A model generated the notes under the pieces. It saw only the letters and a list, made by a program, of their open reading frames with translations. It was not told where the DNA came from and did no database searches. Below, piece after piece: positions 27,352-40,949 of a stretch of DNA of 64,000 nucleotides. Where the stretch lies: the NCBI RefSeq assembly GCF_000181795.1, contig NW_003526941.1:5991008-6055007 (forward strand), given 5' to 3'. Every line of letters begins with the position of its first letter. Positions within the stretch are counted from its first letter, which is position 1. Origin of the DNA: Trichinella spiralis. Its lineage: Eukaryota. Both the position numbers and the translations under genes were made by a program.

Positions 27352-28353
27352 ATGCCTCCGAAATTTGACCCTAACGAAATCAAAATTGGTCAGTTTTATA
27401 ATTTAATTAACTGTAGCACGTTACATTAAAAAATTTTTATTCGCACGTATGATATTCGATAACTTTAGGGTTTTAAGTTTTGCATATTGATGAGCACTGT
27501 TGAAATTTATTTTTGAAATCTTTCAAATTATCTTTGTAAAAGCTTTTTATTTTCAATTTTGATTTAATGAAAATTATATTTAAATTATTTATTGCAGAAG
27601 GTGCATAGTTATATTTTGTGACTCTGAGATATTTTAATGCGGTTTGTTTTTTTAATTTTTTCTTTTTTAAATACTAAATTGTGTTAGTAATAAAAGTTTA
27701 AGCACGATATTATTGCAGTTTCATTATGAAAATTGATTTTTAATTTGTGAAATTTTAGTATTTTTGCGTTGTGTCGGTGGTGAAGTTGGAGCTACAACAT
27801 CACTTGCTCCGAAAGTTGGACCATTGGGTTTGGTAATATATATTTTCGGTTGTTTTTCGCAGTGAAGAACTGTGTTTTGTTTAGTCACCGAAAAAAATTG
27901 GCGATGATATCGCAAAAGCAACTGGTGATTGGAAAGGGCTAAAAATTACAGTGAAGTTAACGATTCAGAATCGTCAGGCGAAAATTGAAGTTGTGCCTAG
28001 TGCAGCATCTTTGATAATTCGAGAACTTAAAGAACCACCAAGAGATAGAAAAAAAACAAAAAACAGTTCGATACTTTCTGTTTTTATAGTACTGTAGTTG
28101 TTTTTTGCAGGCATTTTTCTATTTAGTTCGCCATGGTGGAAATTTGTCTCTTGAACAGATCATTCAAATTGCGAAAATGATGCGACCGCGCTCAATGGCC
28201 AAGAAATTAGAGGGCACTGTGAAGGAAATTCTGGGTACCTGCCAGTCTGTTGGCTGTACTGTTGATGGGCAACATCCGCATGATATAATTGACAAAATTC
28301 GAGCTGGTGAAATCCGCATAAACTCCGCATGTAACATAATACAGTTTTGTTAA
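27352..28353 (+). CDS. RPL12: 60S ribosomal protein L12 (uL11), 4 exons; exact C-terminus uncertain
   Basis: [70 protein letters not shown]...[24 protein letters not shown]. Confidence 0.97.
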
Positions 28354-28857
28354 ATTTCGAGTTTTATAGCTTTCTTTTTTAGGAGAAAGAAAAGAAAAAG
28401 GGTTATATTCATTTGAATTTTTGGTATTTGCTTTGTTAGCGGAGTAAATTTTGATTTCATTTTTTTGTTGTTTGCTATGGTTGAAAAACTGACCGTTACT
28501 TTTTAAATGATGCGAGTATTTAATGTGTAATTTTCAGCTTTTAAAGTTTTCAGCGTCAGCATTTGAAAAACAGACAAAGCTGGTTTGGAATTGGTGCATA
28601 TGTATTATAACGCTTATTTAAGGTTTGATATTAAAGGAAGAAGAAAATTTGGCTGTAATGAAATTCGAACTGTGCAGTTTTATTTATTTGATAAAAATAA
28701 AATTATGAAACAGTTTGCTTGTTTGTTGATTTTTTTTTCATTAGGTGAATGTCGCCTATCGCTTTGGCGAAATTATTTTCCTACTGCTATGCGAATAAGC
28801 ATATCAGTAGTGTGTGTGTTTTTAATATAGCTGTTGCTGTAATTTTATAGTCAGCGG

Positions 28858-29466
28858 ATGGACACGACAGATGCGGCTGCGGAATCGAGTGGAATTTCAG
28901 ACTTTCACCAAGCTTTGCTACTTATAAGCAACGAACCAATCGTCAGTTCTGAATCTTTGGAAGAACAGGAAGAAGAAGAAACCAAAGATGTTGGCAAAAC
29001 GGATGAAGAAGAACAACTGGAATCAGAACAATACGTCGGTAGTACAGAAGAAACAAGTAAAAGTGAATCATCTAAAGTCGAATCCGAGTCAGAGCAGCAA
29101 ACAGCAACCGAAGTCGACGTTGATCGTCTAAAAATGCAGTTATTAGTATCGAATTTTTCCAAAGAACAGCTTAGCCGTTACGAGATGTTTCGACGAAGTG
29201 TTTTTCCAAAGCCATTTATAAGAAAAATAATACAACAGACGACAGGCTACGCCGCATCTGCGAACGTCGTCATCGCCATGGCGGGTATAGCGAAAGTTTT
29301 CGTTGGTGAACTGATCGAGGAAGCGCTGGACGTCCGAGATCTATGGAAAGATAGCAAGGAACCCTTGAAACCGAGACACATTCGCGAAGCCTTTCGGCGC
29401 CTCAATGCCAAAGGAAAAGTGTTTCCATTGAGCCCCAAAAAACGAAATCTCACTTTTGAAGTTTAA
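28858..29466 (+). CDS. TAF11: TFIID subunit TAF11, intronless CDS
   Basis: Acidic N-terminus plus histone fold [23 protein letters not shown]...[20 protein letters not shown]...[14 protein letters not shown]. Confidence 0.95.
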   Translation: MDTTDAAAESSGISDFHQALLLISNEPIVSSESLEEQEEEETKDVGKTDEEEQLESEQYVGSTEETSKSESSKVESESEQQTATEVDVDRLKMQLLVSNFSKEQLSRYEMFRRSVFPKPFIRKIIQQTTGYAASANVVIAMAGIAKVFVGELIEEALDVRDLWKDSKEPLKPRHIREAFRRLNAKGKVFPLSPKKRNLTFEV

Positions 29467-30513
29467 TTTTTTTTATTTTATTAATTTCCTTTTACCATTG
29501 AGTGAATTTTTTTTTCGTGTTCTTAGTGTTCCAAAGTTTGTTTTATCAACGTCTAACCAAAAGAGAAGTTGAACTTCTTTTATATCGAAACAACATTGTG
29601 AAATGATTAAAACGAATTCAACATTATTTCAGGTGCGTTGATTGAGAAAATAAATGCAGTCAATTTTCATTTCAGTAGTAAGTAGTACATGTAAAATTTA
29701 TTGAATGAAATTGTTCGCTATAAAGTGATTATTGTGCTTTTTGTATTTGTACACTTTTATTTTATTTTTTTCATTGACAAATTGTAAAATTATCTCAAGA
29801 GGACATTTCTACAGTAAGTATAAATTAAGTACAAATTGTTAAAGTTACTTTAAATTTTATTGAAAAGATTTGCATTACAATACAAAGGTTCATATAATGA
29901 ATATTTTGCAGTCGAGTCTTGTCAGTGTAATTTCATTTGAGTATACAGTTAGCTAAGATTTTTTTCTGTTTTACAATTAGCTGAACAGATTTTTTTTCTA
30001 TTTTCAATAATAGCTTAAAAGATGCACAGCAATGACGCGACATATTAGGATTGTTCGAAAAAAAATATTAGACGATTAATTAAATATTATAATGGCGTTT
30101 TTATAATTTAATTTAAATCAAATTGTGTGGATAATATAAAATTTTTGCTTTTTATGCAGCTGCTCTATGTGCATGCAGTACGTAGAAAATGGTAATTTTT
30201 TTAAATTTCTACAGTATACTTTAACCTGATTTGCGTTTCGTTTTATTTTAATATATGACAGCATACGTACTTGGAATTTTAATGTCTATTATAATATTGT
30301 TTTAACAAATGTCTTAATTGATTTATTTTATTTTCACTTTACTGGATTGCCGGTTTTGGTAAATTAAGTCTTGAAGATCAGTTTGTGGTATTAATTTATT
30401 GTGCTGTCAACTTATTAAGTGTAACACATTTTTCTACTGAGGTTATTGCTTTCGTCCTTTAAGTTTTATTCAACAGTCGAAGAAGCCAGCTATTTGTTGT
30501 TATTCGAAGCATA

Positions 30514-33500
30514 ATGGGTGTACCACGTTTCTTTCGATGGTTAAGTGAACGCTATCCAGGCTTAAGCCAGTTAGTTGTCGAAAGCCAGGTATAATTTGGT
30601 TTTTATTTACTTTTTTTACAAGTTTTGATATTCCAGATTCCAAGTTATGATAATCTTTATCTGGATTTCAACGGTATTATTCACAATTGCTCTCATCCAA
30701 ATTCCCCAGACGCCACATTTCGCTGTACTGAAGTGGATATTTTTACAAATATATTTTCATACATAGAAGTACTTTTAATTAGAACATTTATCGACATATT
30801 TTTTATTTTTTATTATTTTCAGGGACTTTTTCAACTGATAAAACCCCGAAAAGTGTTATTTATTGCTGTTGATGGTGTGGCCCCACGTGCTAAAATGAAT
30901 CAGCAGCGGAGTCGGCGTTTTATGTAATGGTTTTAAGAATTCACGTATGTGACGATTTATTCAGACATTATTATTATTTCTTTATAGGTCGGCGAAAGAA
31001 GCAGAAGATAGCAGGTTGAAAGCTATACGAAATGGTGAAGTTATACCTGATTCAGATCCATTTGACTCAAATTGCATCACGCCAGGTATTTCAGTTAAAT
31101 GGTTTTTTATGTTTTTATAATTATTATTTATGTTTTTCAGGAACTGAATTTATGGAGAGATTGCATATACATTTGAAATATTTCATAAATTTGAAATTGT
31201 CTTCTGATCCTCTTTGGCAGAACGTGGATGTTTATTATTCGGGTCACGATGTAAATATAATTAGTCTTAAAAGATGCAGAAGTGTTAGATTTTAATTTAT
31301 TTTTGAACAGTGTCCCGGTGAAGGCGAGCATAAAATTTTGGCGTTCATTAGATTTATGCGTTCACAAGCCGATTACGATTCGAATACTACGCATTGCATT
31401 TATGGATTAGATGCAGATCTGGTAAATACTTTTTTCTAATAATAGATAGTAATGTTTTACATATTTTTCATACTTTTTTCCGATTCTTTTTTAATGGATC
31501 AGATTTATTGCGAATGATGCTGTGTTGCATTCAACACTTGGTGTGGTTCAGCATAATAATATTTTAATGATTTGAGTGCATAATTTGAACTAACGTTAAA
31601 AATTAATGGCATCAAATAAAATGCAAGCGATATATTTATTAGTTATAACTATATTCAAAGTTTTTCAAGTTTTTATCTAAACTGCTTACTGTTTGGTATA
31701 TTTTTTCGATAAATATAGTTTATTAAAATTGTTAATTTTGAAGAAAATGCGCATTGTACTTTTCAGATATTTCTGGGTATGGCTATGCATGAGCCGTATT
31801 TTTCCATTCTCCGTGAAGAGGTTGTTTATGATAGTCGTTCAAAAAAGAGGTATATTAAATGTGATGATGATGATGATAATAATAATTTACTTCGTTTTGC
31901 ATATGGACAGTTTGCGTATGGTAGAAGATCAGAAGTTCTATCTTCTTCATTTGATTCTGTTACGCGAATACATCTGCTTAGAATTTGAACATCTTAAGGT
32001 ACGAATGATTGCATGATTTGAAAATTAGTTTATTAGCAGGGTTGGATGATTTGTCTTTTGAAAATTAAAAATTACTATAGCAAGTGAAGCCGGATGTATA
32101 TGATGAAGAAAAAATAATCGACGATTGGATTTTTATGTCTTTTTTCATTGGAAATGATTTTATACCGAACGTACCTATGCTTATAACAAATGAAAATGCT
32201 CTGCCCAATGTTTGGCTGGCTTATCAGAATGCTTTTCCGAATATGGACGGTAAAGCCATTTATTTCCAGATTTCAGTTGCATAATGTCAGTAATATATTT
32301 GTTAGGTTATTTGAACAACGGTGGTCATTTGAATATACCTAATCTGAAAATTTTTTTTAATGAATTGAAAAAATTTGAATACAAAAAATATGAAAATCAT
32401 TTGAAAGCATGTGGTTGGTTGGAGTCCAAACGTGCGCAACGTGTACGTTTTCATTTTTTGTCCAGTTCGCCCATGCTTTTTATCGCTTTCTCGTTTAGGA
32501 TGCACGACAGCAGAGCCGTAGAAAAGATCTTTCTGCGACTTCAACAAGTTTAGAAGTAAAAATAGCAGATTAACAAATTTTTTCTATTTAAATATCTTAT
32601 TTTAGCGTGAATATATATCAGTTTTGTTTTTTCTTAGATCAAATAATTTTTTTAATTAATAATATTTTTAGATCACTAGTTTCAGTTCTCAAAGTGAAAC
32701 TGCAAATGGCAGTTCAGATAGTTGTGTTTTGCAGTCACTGGTGGTGTTTTCTGAAAAACTCCCTGACACATGCAGTTGTGCTTTGGAAAATGATGATGGA
32801 ACACTCTTTGATGATGATGATGATGATGATGAAGACAGTGAAGATGCTGTTGATATGAGATCCGAAACATGCGATGGACTTTATGAAGTTTCGGTTTTAA
32901 CCGAAGAAGAAAGTGATATGTCATTGCATAGTTTATTCCGCAAGTTCAGAGCATCGTATTATAAGAAAAAGATGTCCATTACCGAAGATGATTGGTAACA
33001 TTAGATTATTCTTGTTATTATTGTTATGATTTTAATTTGTCCCTTTCAGTTCTGCATTGCAAAATGTAATCAGAAATTATGTTGAAGCGTTGCAATGGAT
33101 TTTATATTATTATTTTCATGGTGTTCGATCATGGAAATGGTAAATAATATACATAGTGAATTTATTTTGTTTAAAAATGTTTTTTTTTATTTTTTTTGTT
33201 TAGGTTTTATGGCTTTCATTATGCTCCTTTTGTTTCTGATTTATGTGATTTTAATGTGGGGGAAATTACTTTTGAATTGGGCGAACCGTTTTTGCCGTTT
33301 CAGCAGCTGCTTGCTGTTTTACCACCTTCAAGTCGAAAATTGTTACCCGAACCATACCAGGTTTGCATTGCTTTATTTCTTCATAAAATTATAGAGCGCA
33401 CGAAAAAATTATTCATGAATTTGTCAAATATATACGTATATAATTTAAACAGAAGAGTTGTCAGGCATACGAATTTATTTTTTTTTATTTATGCAGGACT

Positions 33501-36500
33501 TGATGGTTAATCCAGATTCTCCTTTGAGCTACGCATATCCAGAAGATGTGGAGAGAGATATGAATGGGAAAAAATATGAATGGGAATGCATTTTGAAGCT
33601 ACCTTTCATTGACGAAGTGTGACACAGACTCGTTTCTGTTTCTTTTAATATTTTTGCTTTTTTTTACTTTTTGCGTTCTAGGAGATATTGTTCGATGCTG
33701 TTTACCCGTTTAATGACGCTTTGAAGGATGATGAGAAACGAAGGAATCGTTTTGGGAAATGCTACTTATATCGTTATTCAGGTTCACATGGGGAAAGAAG
33801 AACAACAACATTTCGATCTTCACTTCCCGATATTTTCCCGGATATTGAAAACTGCACTTGCGAGTACAGTTATATTCAGCGTAACTTTAATAACTAAATT
33901 GCTTATTATTTGTTTTCAAGATGCACAGAGCTTACTATTGATCACTTTGAATTGAACGAAACACTCATAAAATATGGCAGGTTGCAAAGAAACGAAGAAG
34001 TTGGTTCGAAACAGATATGTTTTCCGACTTTTTCCTTCCACGATCTGAAAGTATGCATTATTGTATTTTTTCATCATTTAGAAAACATATTGTTACTATT
34101 ACTATTACTATTACTATTACATTATGTTGTATTGTAGATAAAATTGAATAAAGCCGAAGTGGATAGTCCACTGTCGTTGAAAGTCTGTTCCAGTTTTAAT
34201 ATGGTAAATATGTATATTTAAATCGCGGTTGCCTTTGCTTTTTTTAAATTTATTAGTTGGTTTTTTTGCATTTCAACAGACATTTAGCGATGCAGCTGCA
34301 CTTTATTTGGGGAAAAGAATTTTATTGAGCTGGCCTTATTCCATAATTGGGCTGTGCGTTAAAGTTTCCACATTGGACAGCAAGTGGGTTTCTTTTTACA
34401 TTTTTTGCTTATAATAAGAAATAAACAATTTTTTTAAAATAAATTTAAATTGCATGTAATAAAACATTTAGTTGCGCTATTTTGGGCGAAGATGGGAATT
34501 GTAATATAACTTATGTAGCGCATGACGGTAATGCAAAAATCATGTGGAAACGATTGGCGAACATATGCGAAGAGCAGTATGTTTGAAACTTTGTTTCTAT
34601 GCATATATGTGTGTATAAGTTTATATTTTATTTGAGATATTTGGATAAATTTGGTATTAAAATGAAAGTGAAAATTTTGCTTCACTATAAACTTATTTCC
34701 GGATGGAAGCACGTTTTGAACAACAATGGAAATTTTGAGTTGATTCCATTTTGGTCTGATAAAGAAGCAGAAACGCCGGTGCAATTAGTTTTACCAAAAG
34801 TAAGAAAATTATGCAAATAATCTTTTTAACTTTGTAATTAAATTTAAAAAAATGATGCTGATGATTCGGTGGAACTTTTGCAGTTTGTAATCGATGACAA
34901 ATATTTTACCGAGAGACCGATCGAAAAATTTGCTCCACTTGCCTCTTACGCTTTTTCACTTCACCGCAAATGCTACGCAGCAATGTGTCAAATTTTGGAA
35001 TACAAAACGAACATGCGTTTGTTGGTTTCACTTCGACGTTTTCCCGCCCTACGTTTCAACATAACTCTTGATATGATGGAGGTGAGTGAATTTTGATTAT
35101 GCTAATGATTGGTTTCAATTTTTTTTTTAATTTTCTGTATATTTTGTAAAATTTAGGAAACTCTGGCAAATTGGTATTCAACAAGAGAATTGATCGAAAT
35201 GTTCCAGTTGTTGCCGTCCACGTTGGGCCGACTGACGGGTTCTTTGCTTATTGCTAAAAATAAGGATTTAGAACGCAAAGTGAATATTGGCTTGAATTTG
35301 AAAAGTAATCACAAATCAGCGGAAAAGTTGGGTTACGCAATGAGAATCGATAGCAGACGTTGGATTTATTCAGAGGATGCGGTGAAATTGATAGAAGGCT
35401 ACATCCTAGAGTAGGTTACATCTTATTGTGTTTGCACAATAATTCAAATTGCTAATGTTGATTATTTTCAGATTTCCTGATATCATTGACTATTTGGAAA
35501 TGAACAACTGCGATGCGGTGAAATATTTAATAGCTACTGATATTTGGGAAAATGAAAACTGGTACTATTATTATTTTTTTTGTTTTTAGCAAATTTTATT
35601 TTCATTTTGTAAATCCAGTCCAGAAGCTTTTAATTTGCATTTACTTGGCGAAAAATATAATTTGAATAATTGCTCTATTTGCGTGTATTACTCACTGATT
35701 GTTTTTTTTTCATTAGCGAAGATAAGTTGCGCCGAATGTTAGTTTGGTTGAGAAACTTGCCCAGTGCTTCGGCAACATTTGTACCTTTTGGTACAAAGTT
35801 CGTAAACTCTGATGATATTAAGTTTATTGAAAGTGAAGTTGAAAAGTTGACGGTGATTATTTCATTGAGCGTTTTGCATAAACATTCTCCCTTATTTCTC
35901 CATATATATATTTGTATTTTTTGAATCAGGACACATACGAAGATGGTTGGAACATGGACTCGAATTCTCTATTTTTTGTATGGTTTATGCACACACGCAC
36001 AATTTGCGTGAATATTTATTTGAATGGAATGTATTTTTTTCTTTGGTATTGTTTTTCAGCCTTTGCTTTGCTGTGGACCGATTGCTGCGGATCCGGAGAC
36101 AGATTTTCAACTTTTCGATCGAGTAATCAACGTACGTGCGGGATGTTGTGTTCCATACGGCATGGCGGGCACAGTGATCAGCCTTCCCGGTGGCGCGAGT
36201 CATCCGAAGGGCAATTTGGAAGTGCTGTTCGACAGGCCATTCGTTGGCGGGATGTCAATTCGTGGAAGCAAGCCGTCCGCGTTCAGATTGCCGTCCTATG
36301 CGTTGATCAATTTCACCTACAGCCAGCGGAAGAAAAAGCAACGTTGCTTGGCGAATAAGGCGAAAACTGACAAACCAAGTGAAAATGAATTATTCCCAAC
36401 TGGTGGAATTAGCTTTTTTCGTTCCACCGCGCATCCGGCTGTTCGACATTTGAATAAGAAGCCGACGACGAGTACAAATTCGTCCGCTTTCCTGAATTCC

Positions 36501-38119
36501 AAAGAGGCGCATACGTTGATGCACTGCGGCCGGGGCAGTTATGGGGTCGACGTTTTCAACAGTCGAGCCGGCAGCACGTCGTTCATCTCGCCTACCCATG
36601 CTACTGAGCAGATTAAGCAGTGTCTGGGATTGAGCCAAGTCGAGGATACAAATTGCAAGCAACAGGATCGTCCTGTGGCTTCGTCGTCGTCAACGGCATC
36701 CAATCATGGCAATAGAATCAAGAAAACAGTATCTCAACCCCACTACCGGCACCAGCACTGGCAACGGCGCCACCACCAACAGCATCAACAGCAGCAGCAG
36801 GATGATGATTTTTCCAATAGTGGACTGCTCATTGATAGCAGTATAAATGTTTTCTATTTTTCTCTTGCTATTCAGTTGTTTTTTTTTCTTTGGCGCATAT
36901 TTAGGTGTCCTGAGCAGTATGCTAATTGAAGGTGGCAAGAAGACGACGACGACGGCTACAAAGGAACTGCATAAGTCTCCTGTTAATTTGCCAACTACGC
37001 ATTCAGCGAAAGAAACTACGATCCCGACTAAAAGCACTCCAAAGGTGAGAAATGAGAGAATAGAATTAATTAATTGCACAAACAATGCGAATGAATAATT
37101 TCTGTAACTTTTTCTTGTTTTTTTTTCTTTTATTTTAAGCCTTATTATTTCCGACCCACTGACGAGTACGCTTCTCTCCAATGGAATAGTGAACCTTCTG
37201 CGAGTTCGTCATCGCAGCGTCACCACAGATCAAGCCATCGTAGCAATCAGCCGAATGTAATCCATTCACTTTGTTGAAGCTCACTCTTCATTGCTGTTCA
37301 GTTTTTATTTTCTTAATATTAGAGACGGAAAGTTAGAAAAGTAGATGAAATAGCAGCTGTTTTGAAGAAACTTCTCGAAGATCCAGAAGATACCACTTCT
37401 CAACGTCAGCCGTCTGTAGGGATTTTTTCTTATTATTATTATTTTTTTTAGATATTCATTTCTTCTATCCAATTTTGTTATTAGGAATTTTAATTTTTGT
37501 TCTTTTTTTTTAGAAAAGTGATTCACCAGTTGGATCTACCCAATTGAGTGGTGCTCAGCAAGATCGAATTCCACGTGACGGCGACATGGAACGTCGACAA
37601 CGACGGAATTCTGTCAGAAATTCACAACAGCAACAACAACAAGCGGCAAGTCTGCATGAGCACGGCGATGAATTTATTTATACATTAAATTAATTAATTG
37701 TGTATTTATTGTTGGAATGTAAAAATTTAGCAAAAATTTATTTCAGTCAATTTTGAAGGATCATGAGTAGTATTTTCTGCACACGTATTCTGCTTCAGTA
37801 CCAGTAATGCACTGCGGATATATTTCTATATTGTTCTGTTGGTATTTTTTTTGAATATTGTTTATCATCATTATTTAGAATCAATCCCCCAGGAGCGGAG
37901 GGCAGCTAGAGCGGCAGCAGCAGCAGCACCAACAACAACAACAACACCAGACGGATATTGCTGTACAATTAGCTCAGATGGGGATTCAAATTTGTCAAGC
38001 AGAAAAACAAAATGAACAAAATGTTGGTATTATTGAGCGGTTGCTTTTATTTGTATTATGATTGTTTCGTTTTAGCTAAATTGATCGTCCACAAATGTTG
38101 CTGTACGCCGCTTAAATAG
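30514..38119 (+). CDS. XRN1: 5'-3' exoribonuclease 1 (about 30 exons); last exons uncertain
   Basis: [84 protein letters not shown]3-like [11 protein letters not shown]...[11 protein letters not shown], and a low-complexity Q-rich tail. Confidence 0.93.
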
Positions 38120-38508
38120 AATTGAAGCCTACTGCTGTTATTAATAGCTTTTTTATTTGCATGAAAAGTACCTCTGTATTAACTGCTTCTTTATATATAT
38201 GTATATGTATATATAATATAATATAACGTAAAAAAATTGAAATATTCTCAAAATGTTATAACTGTTTTTTGTAATTCACATTACATTCACAACAAAACTT
38301 ATTATTTTCTTATTAGCCTTTATCTGTTATAAGATCAATTTCAGAGGTAAAACGTCCATATATGTAATAAAGTAGGTAATAAACTTGCACCAAAACAATA
38401 TGAAGTATTTTATGTGTATGGTTTTGATGTAATTTTTCATTGTTTCTATGAAAATACTTGTATAAAATTATTGTACGTTGAAAAGTTTGCTCTAACTGAA
38501 GCTTGCAG

Positions 38509-38847
38509 ATGAATCAGTGCGAAATACTTGCCGAATGTAGTGACGACGAATCTTACAGCGGTGCGAAGGTGAGCGATAGTCGTGCTTGGATTCCTGACCA
38601 AGAAACTGCAGTGAGAGATTATTGTTTGAAGAAATTGTTAATGTTAGTATGAAGCTTTTTTGCATAAAACATTTTCAATCGATTGCAGAAAGAATTGCTG
38701 GAAAAGATCAAACAAGGCGGCTATGGAGAATTGCCAAAATTGGAAAGCACGTTGCCATCGAGTACAGTTAATTTGCCACCGAATCCGCCCGGCAGAAGTA
38801 ACGTTTATTCGTCATTTGCCACCAATTACCCGCAAACGTCCGGCTAA
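38509..38847 (+). CDS. Small (86 aa) PAGR1/PA1-like protein; exons 38509-38610 and 38689-38847
   Basis: MNQCEILAECSDDESYSGAKVSDSRAWIPDQETA|KELLEKIKQGGYGELPKLESTLPSSTVNLPPNPPGRSNVYSSFATNYPQTSG*. The CSDDE...W.P....ELL pattern resembles the PA1 core. Phase-0 GT-AG intron; the ATG sits directly after the acceptor TTGCAG. Confidence 0.6.
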
Positions 38848-38949
38848 ATATGTTTATTTAAATTATTATTTTTTATTCATTAGTTTTTACGTACACTTAT
38901 TGTAAATATAGAAGAAATATCTGTTTTTTGCTTTCAGCATGTCCTTAGA

Positions 38950-40845
38950 TTAGCGAAATTCACTTTTTTGTCGATTATTGTCTTCAGCGTTTGGATTGGC
39001 TTCGGTCAAGATCAAATCATCATCACTGTCGTTTGTATTTACACTGTTTTCCTGTAAACCCATGCAACGATACAATTGAAAAAAAACCAATAAATGAGTG
39101 CATCACAAGTAAGCAAATTTGCTATCGTTTTTAAAAAATATTTTTTATTCATTTTTATTTTAAATTTTCGTAAAAAATGTCCACTTACCTCAATGCTCTC
39201 TTCTGACGATGTATCTTGACGAATAGAACCGAACATGCTCGGCTTGCCTTCTACAGGGTCTGTTTGTTTGCAATTTGCATGACATGTAAATTTAGTGAAT
39301 AACAGCAGCATTGCAATATAGTAATATAAGTACCTTTTTCTAAACGAAGTAGATCTGCATCGATTTTTGTTGCTGCTTTTGGTGTAACTGTTTGTTCTTG
39401 TTGCTCTTCTACCTCTTCGAATTCATCCTACGTGCGTAGATGTGGGCAGAATTAATTTTTTTTTGTGCAAAATTTCCTTTTCAACAAACAATACTCACTT
39501 CCATTAGCGATAGGTTTTTGCTTTGTTGTCGTTTGTCCCTTTCAAGCAGTTGTTTGCAATAATGCAAATTGCGATACTTCAGAACATATTGACTGTAAAT
39601 GCGACGCAGTTCTTCTTCAGCAGTTTCGTACTCGTCCATGTATGCTGGTCTGAAAAAGTGATTTTCATTTTCTTCAAAAATTATCATTATTCATTGTAAA
39701 ATTAATCATTACCGAACTGTTTGCAGTTGAGCTAATCTTGTTTGCAGGCGGTCCAGTTCAGATTTTTTCTTCTCAATCTTAGACGTCACTGCCAGTTCGT
39801 CTTTTTCAATGTTTTCCATGTCTTTTAAAGTTTGTTTCAACTCTTGCTATGAAATCTTGCTATAAAGTTTCACAGAGACAACAGATATGCTTTTTTCTAC
39901 GTACTTGAAGTAAACTGAGGGCGTGTTTGACGTGATTTTCAACTTCGTCTATGTCGACTTGCCTGGCTAAAGCTACGGTTCTTTGTTCCTTAAATTGAAA
40001 AGATAAAATGCATATTTTTACTGCTTGTTGTTGTTGAGATACTTTGTTTTCTGTTTCTTGTGAAAGCAAATCGTAAAGACGAGCCGCGTTGTCGGTGATG
40101 TCGTTGACCATTGTGTGGTATTGTCCCAAATCAGATAGCTGTCAACAGCAACAAATGGTAAATTTGAATAGCATTGATATTTGAAAAATATCTTCTATTT
40201 TTGCTCCGTAAAAAATTGTATCCAATCAGTGTTCATACCTTTTGTTCGAGTGTAGTTCGTATTTGCTTGAATTGAATGTTTTGCTGTTGTTGGTCGTCGT
40301 CACGTTTTCCTTCACTGATATTATTCAATTTTTTCGCTTTGTAAAGCGGTTCAACCGCTTTCAATAGTTCGTCAATTGCTTCAACATCGGCTTGGTATAA
40401 TTTCTTTGGGTTCAATTTTAAGCCAGTCTGTTGGTACTGAAATTGTATTAGTGTTTCTTTGCAGTTTCAATGACACACAAAGGGAAAATTTACAATAAAT
40501 ATCACTGCAGATTTGATGAATATAACACGATCTTGTTCTGTTTCTAATTCGAATTTCACTTCTTGTTCGTCACAGTAGCTGCAACATGATTATCTTGATC
40601 AGCTATTTTTAATACTGGTAAATTTATGTGTATTACTGTACCGTTTGCAAATCCAACGCAGCGCATCAGCAACGAGCAAGAAATTTGGCTTGTAAAAACT
40701 TTCAATCGATATGAATTTTGGATAATTCAAGGCTCGCATTATCAGTGTGAAATCTACAACAGTTTATGCATGTATTGAATGTTAAATGTTAAATTTTACA
40801 AGCAGAAGAAAAGGAGCAGTTACTTTGCAGTTTGATATAAGACAT
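38950..40845 (-). CDS. CLUAP1: Clusterin-associated protein 1 / DYF-3 / IFT38 (intraflagellar transport)
   Basis: MSYIKLQNFTLIMRALNYPKFISIESFYKPNFLLVADALRW, LNPKKLYQAD, RPAYMDEYE...YVLKYRNL and an acidic tail. Confidence 0.92.
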
Positions 40846-40949
40846 TTGCTCGTTGCTGATGACGACGATTATTACTTGTGTCAATGTGTATATGTAGAAA
40901 AAGAAGGTATCAGTTGTGCTTTGCTCGTGTTACGCTTGTAAAGCATTGC

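Noticed and set aside
32682..32924. Poly-His ORF on the minus strand
   Set aside because: Antisense of the (GAT)n poly-Asp tract in an XRN1 exon.
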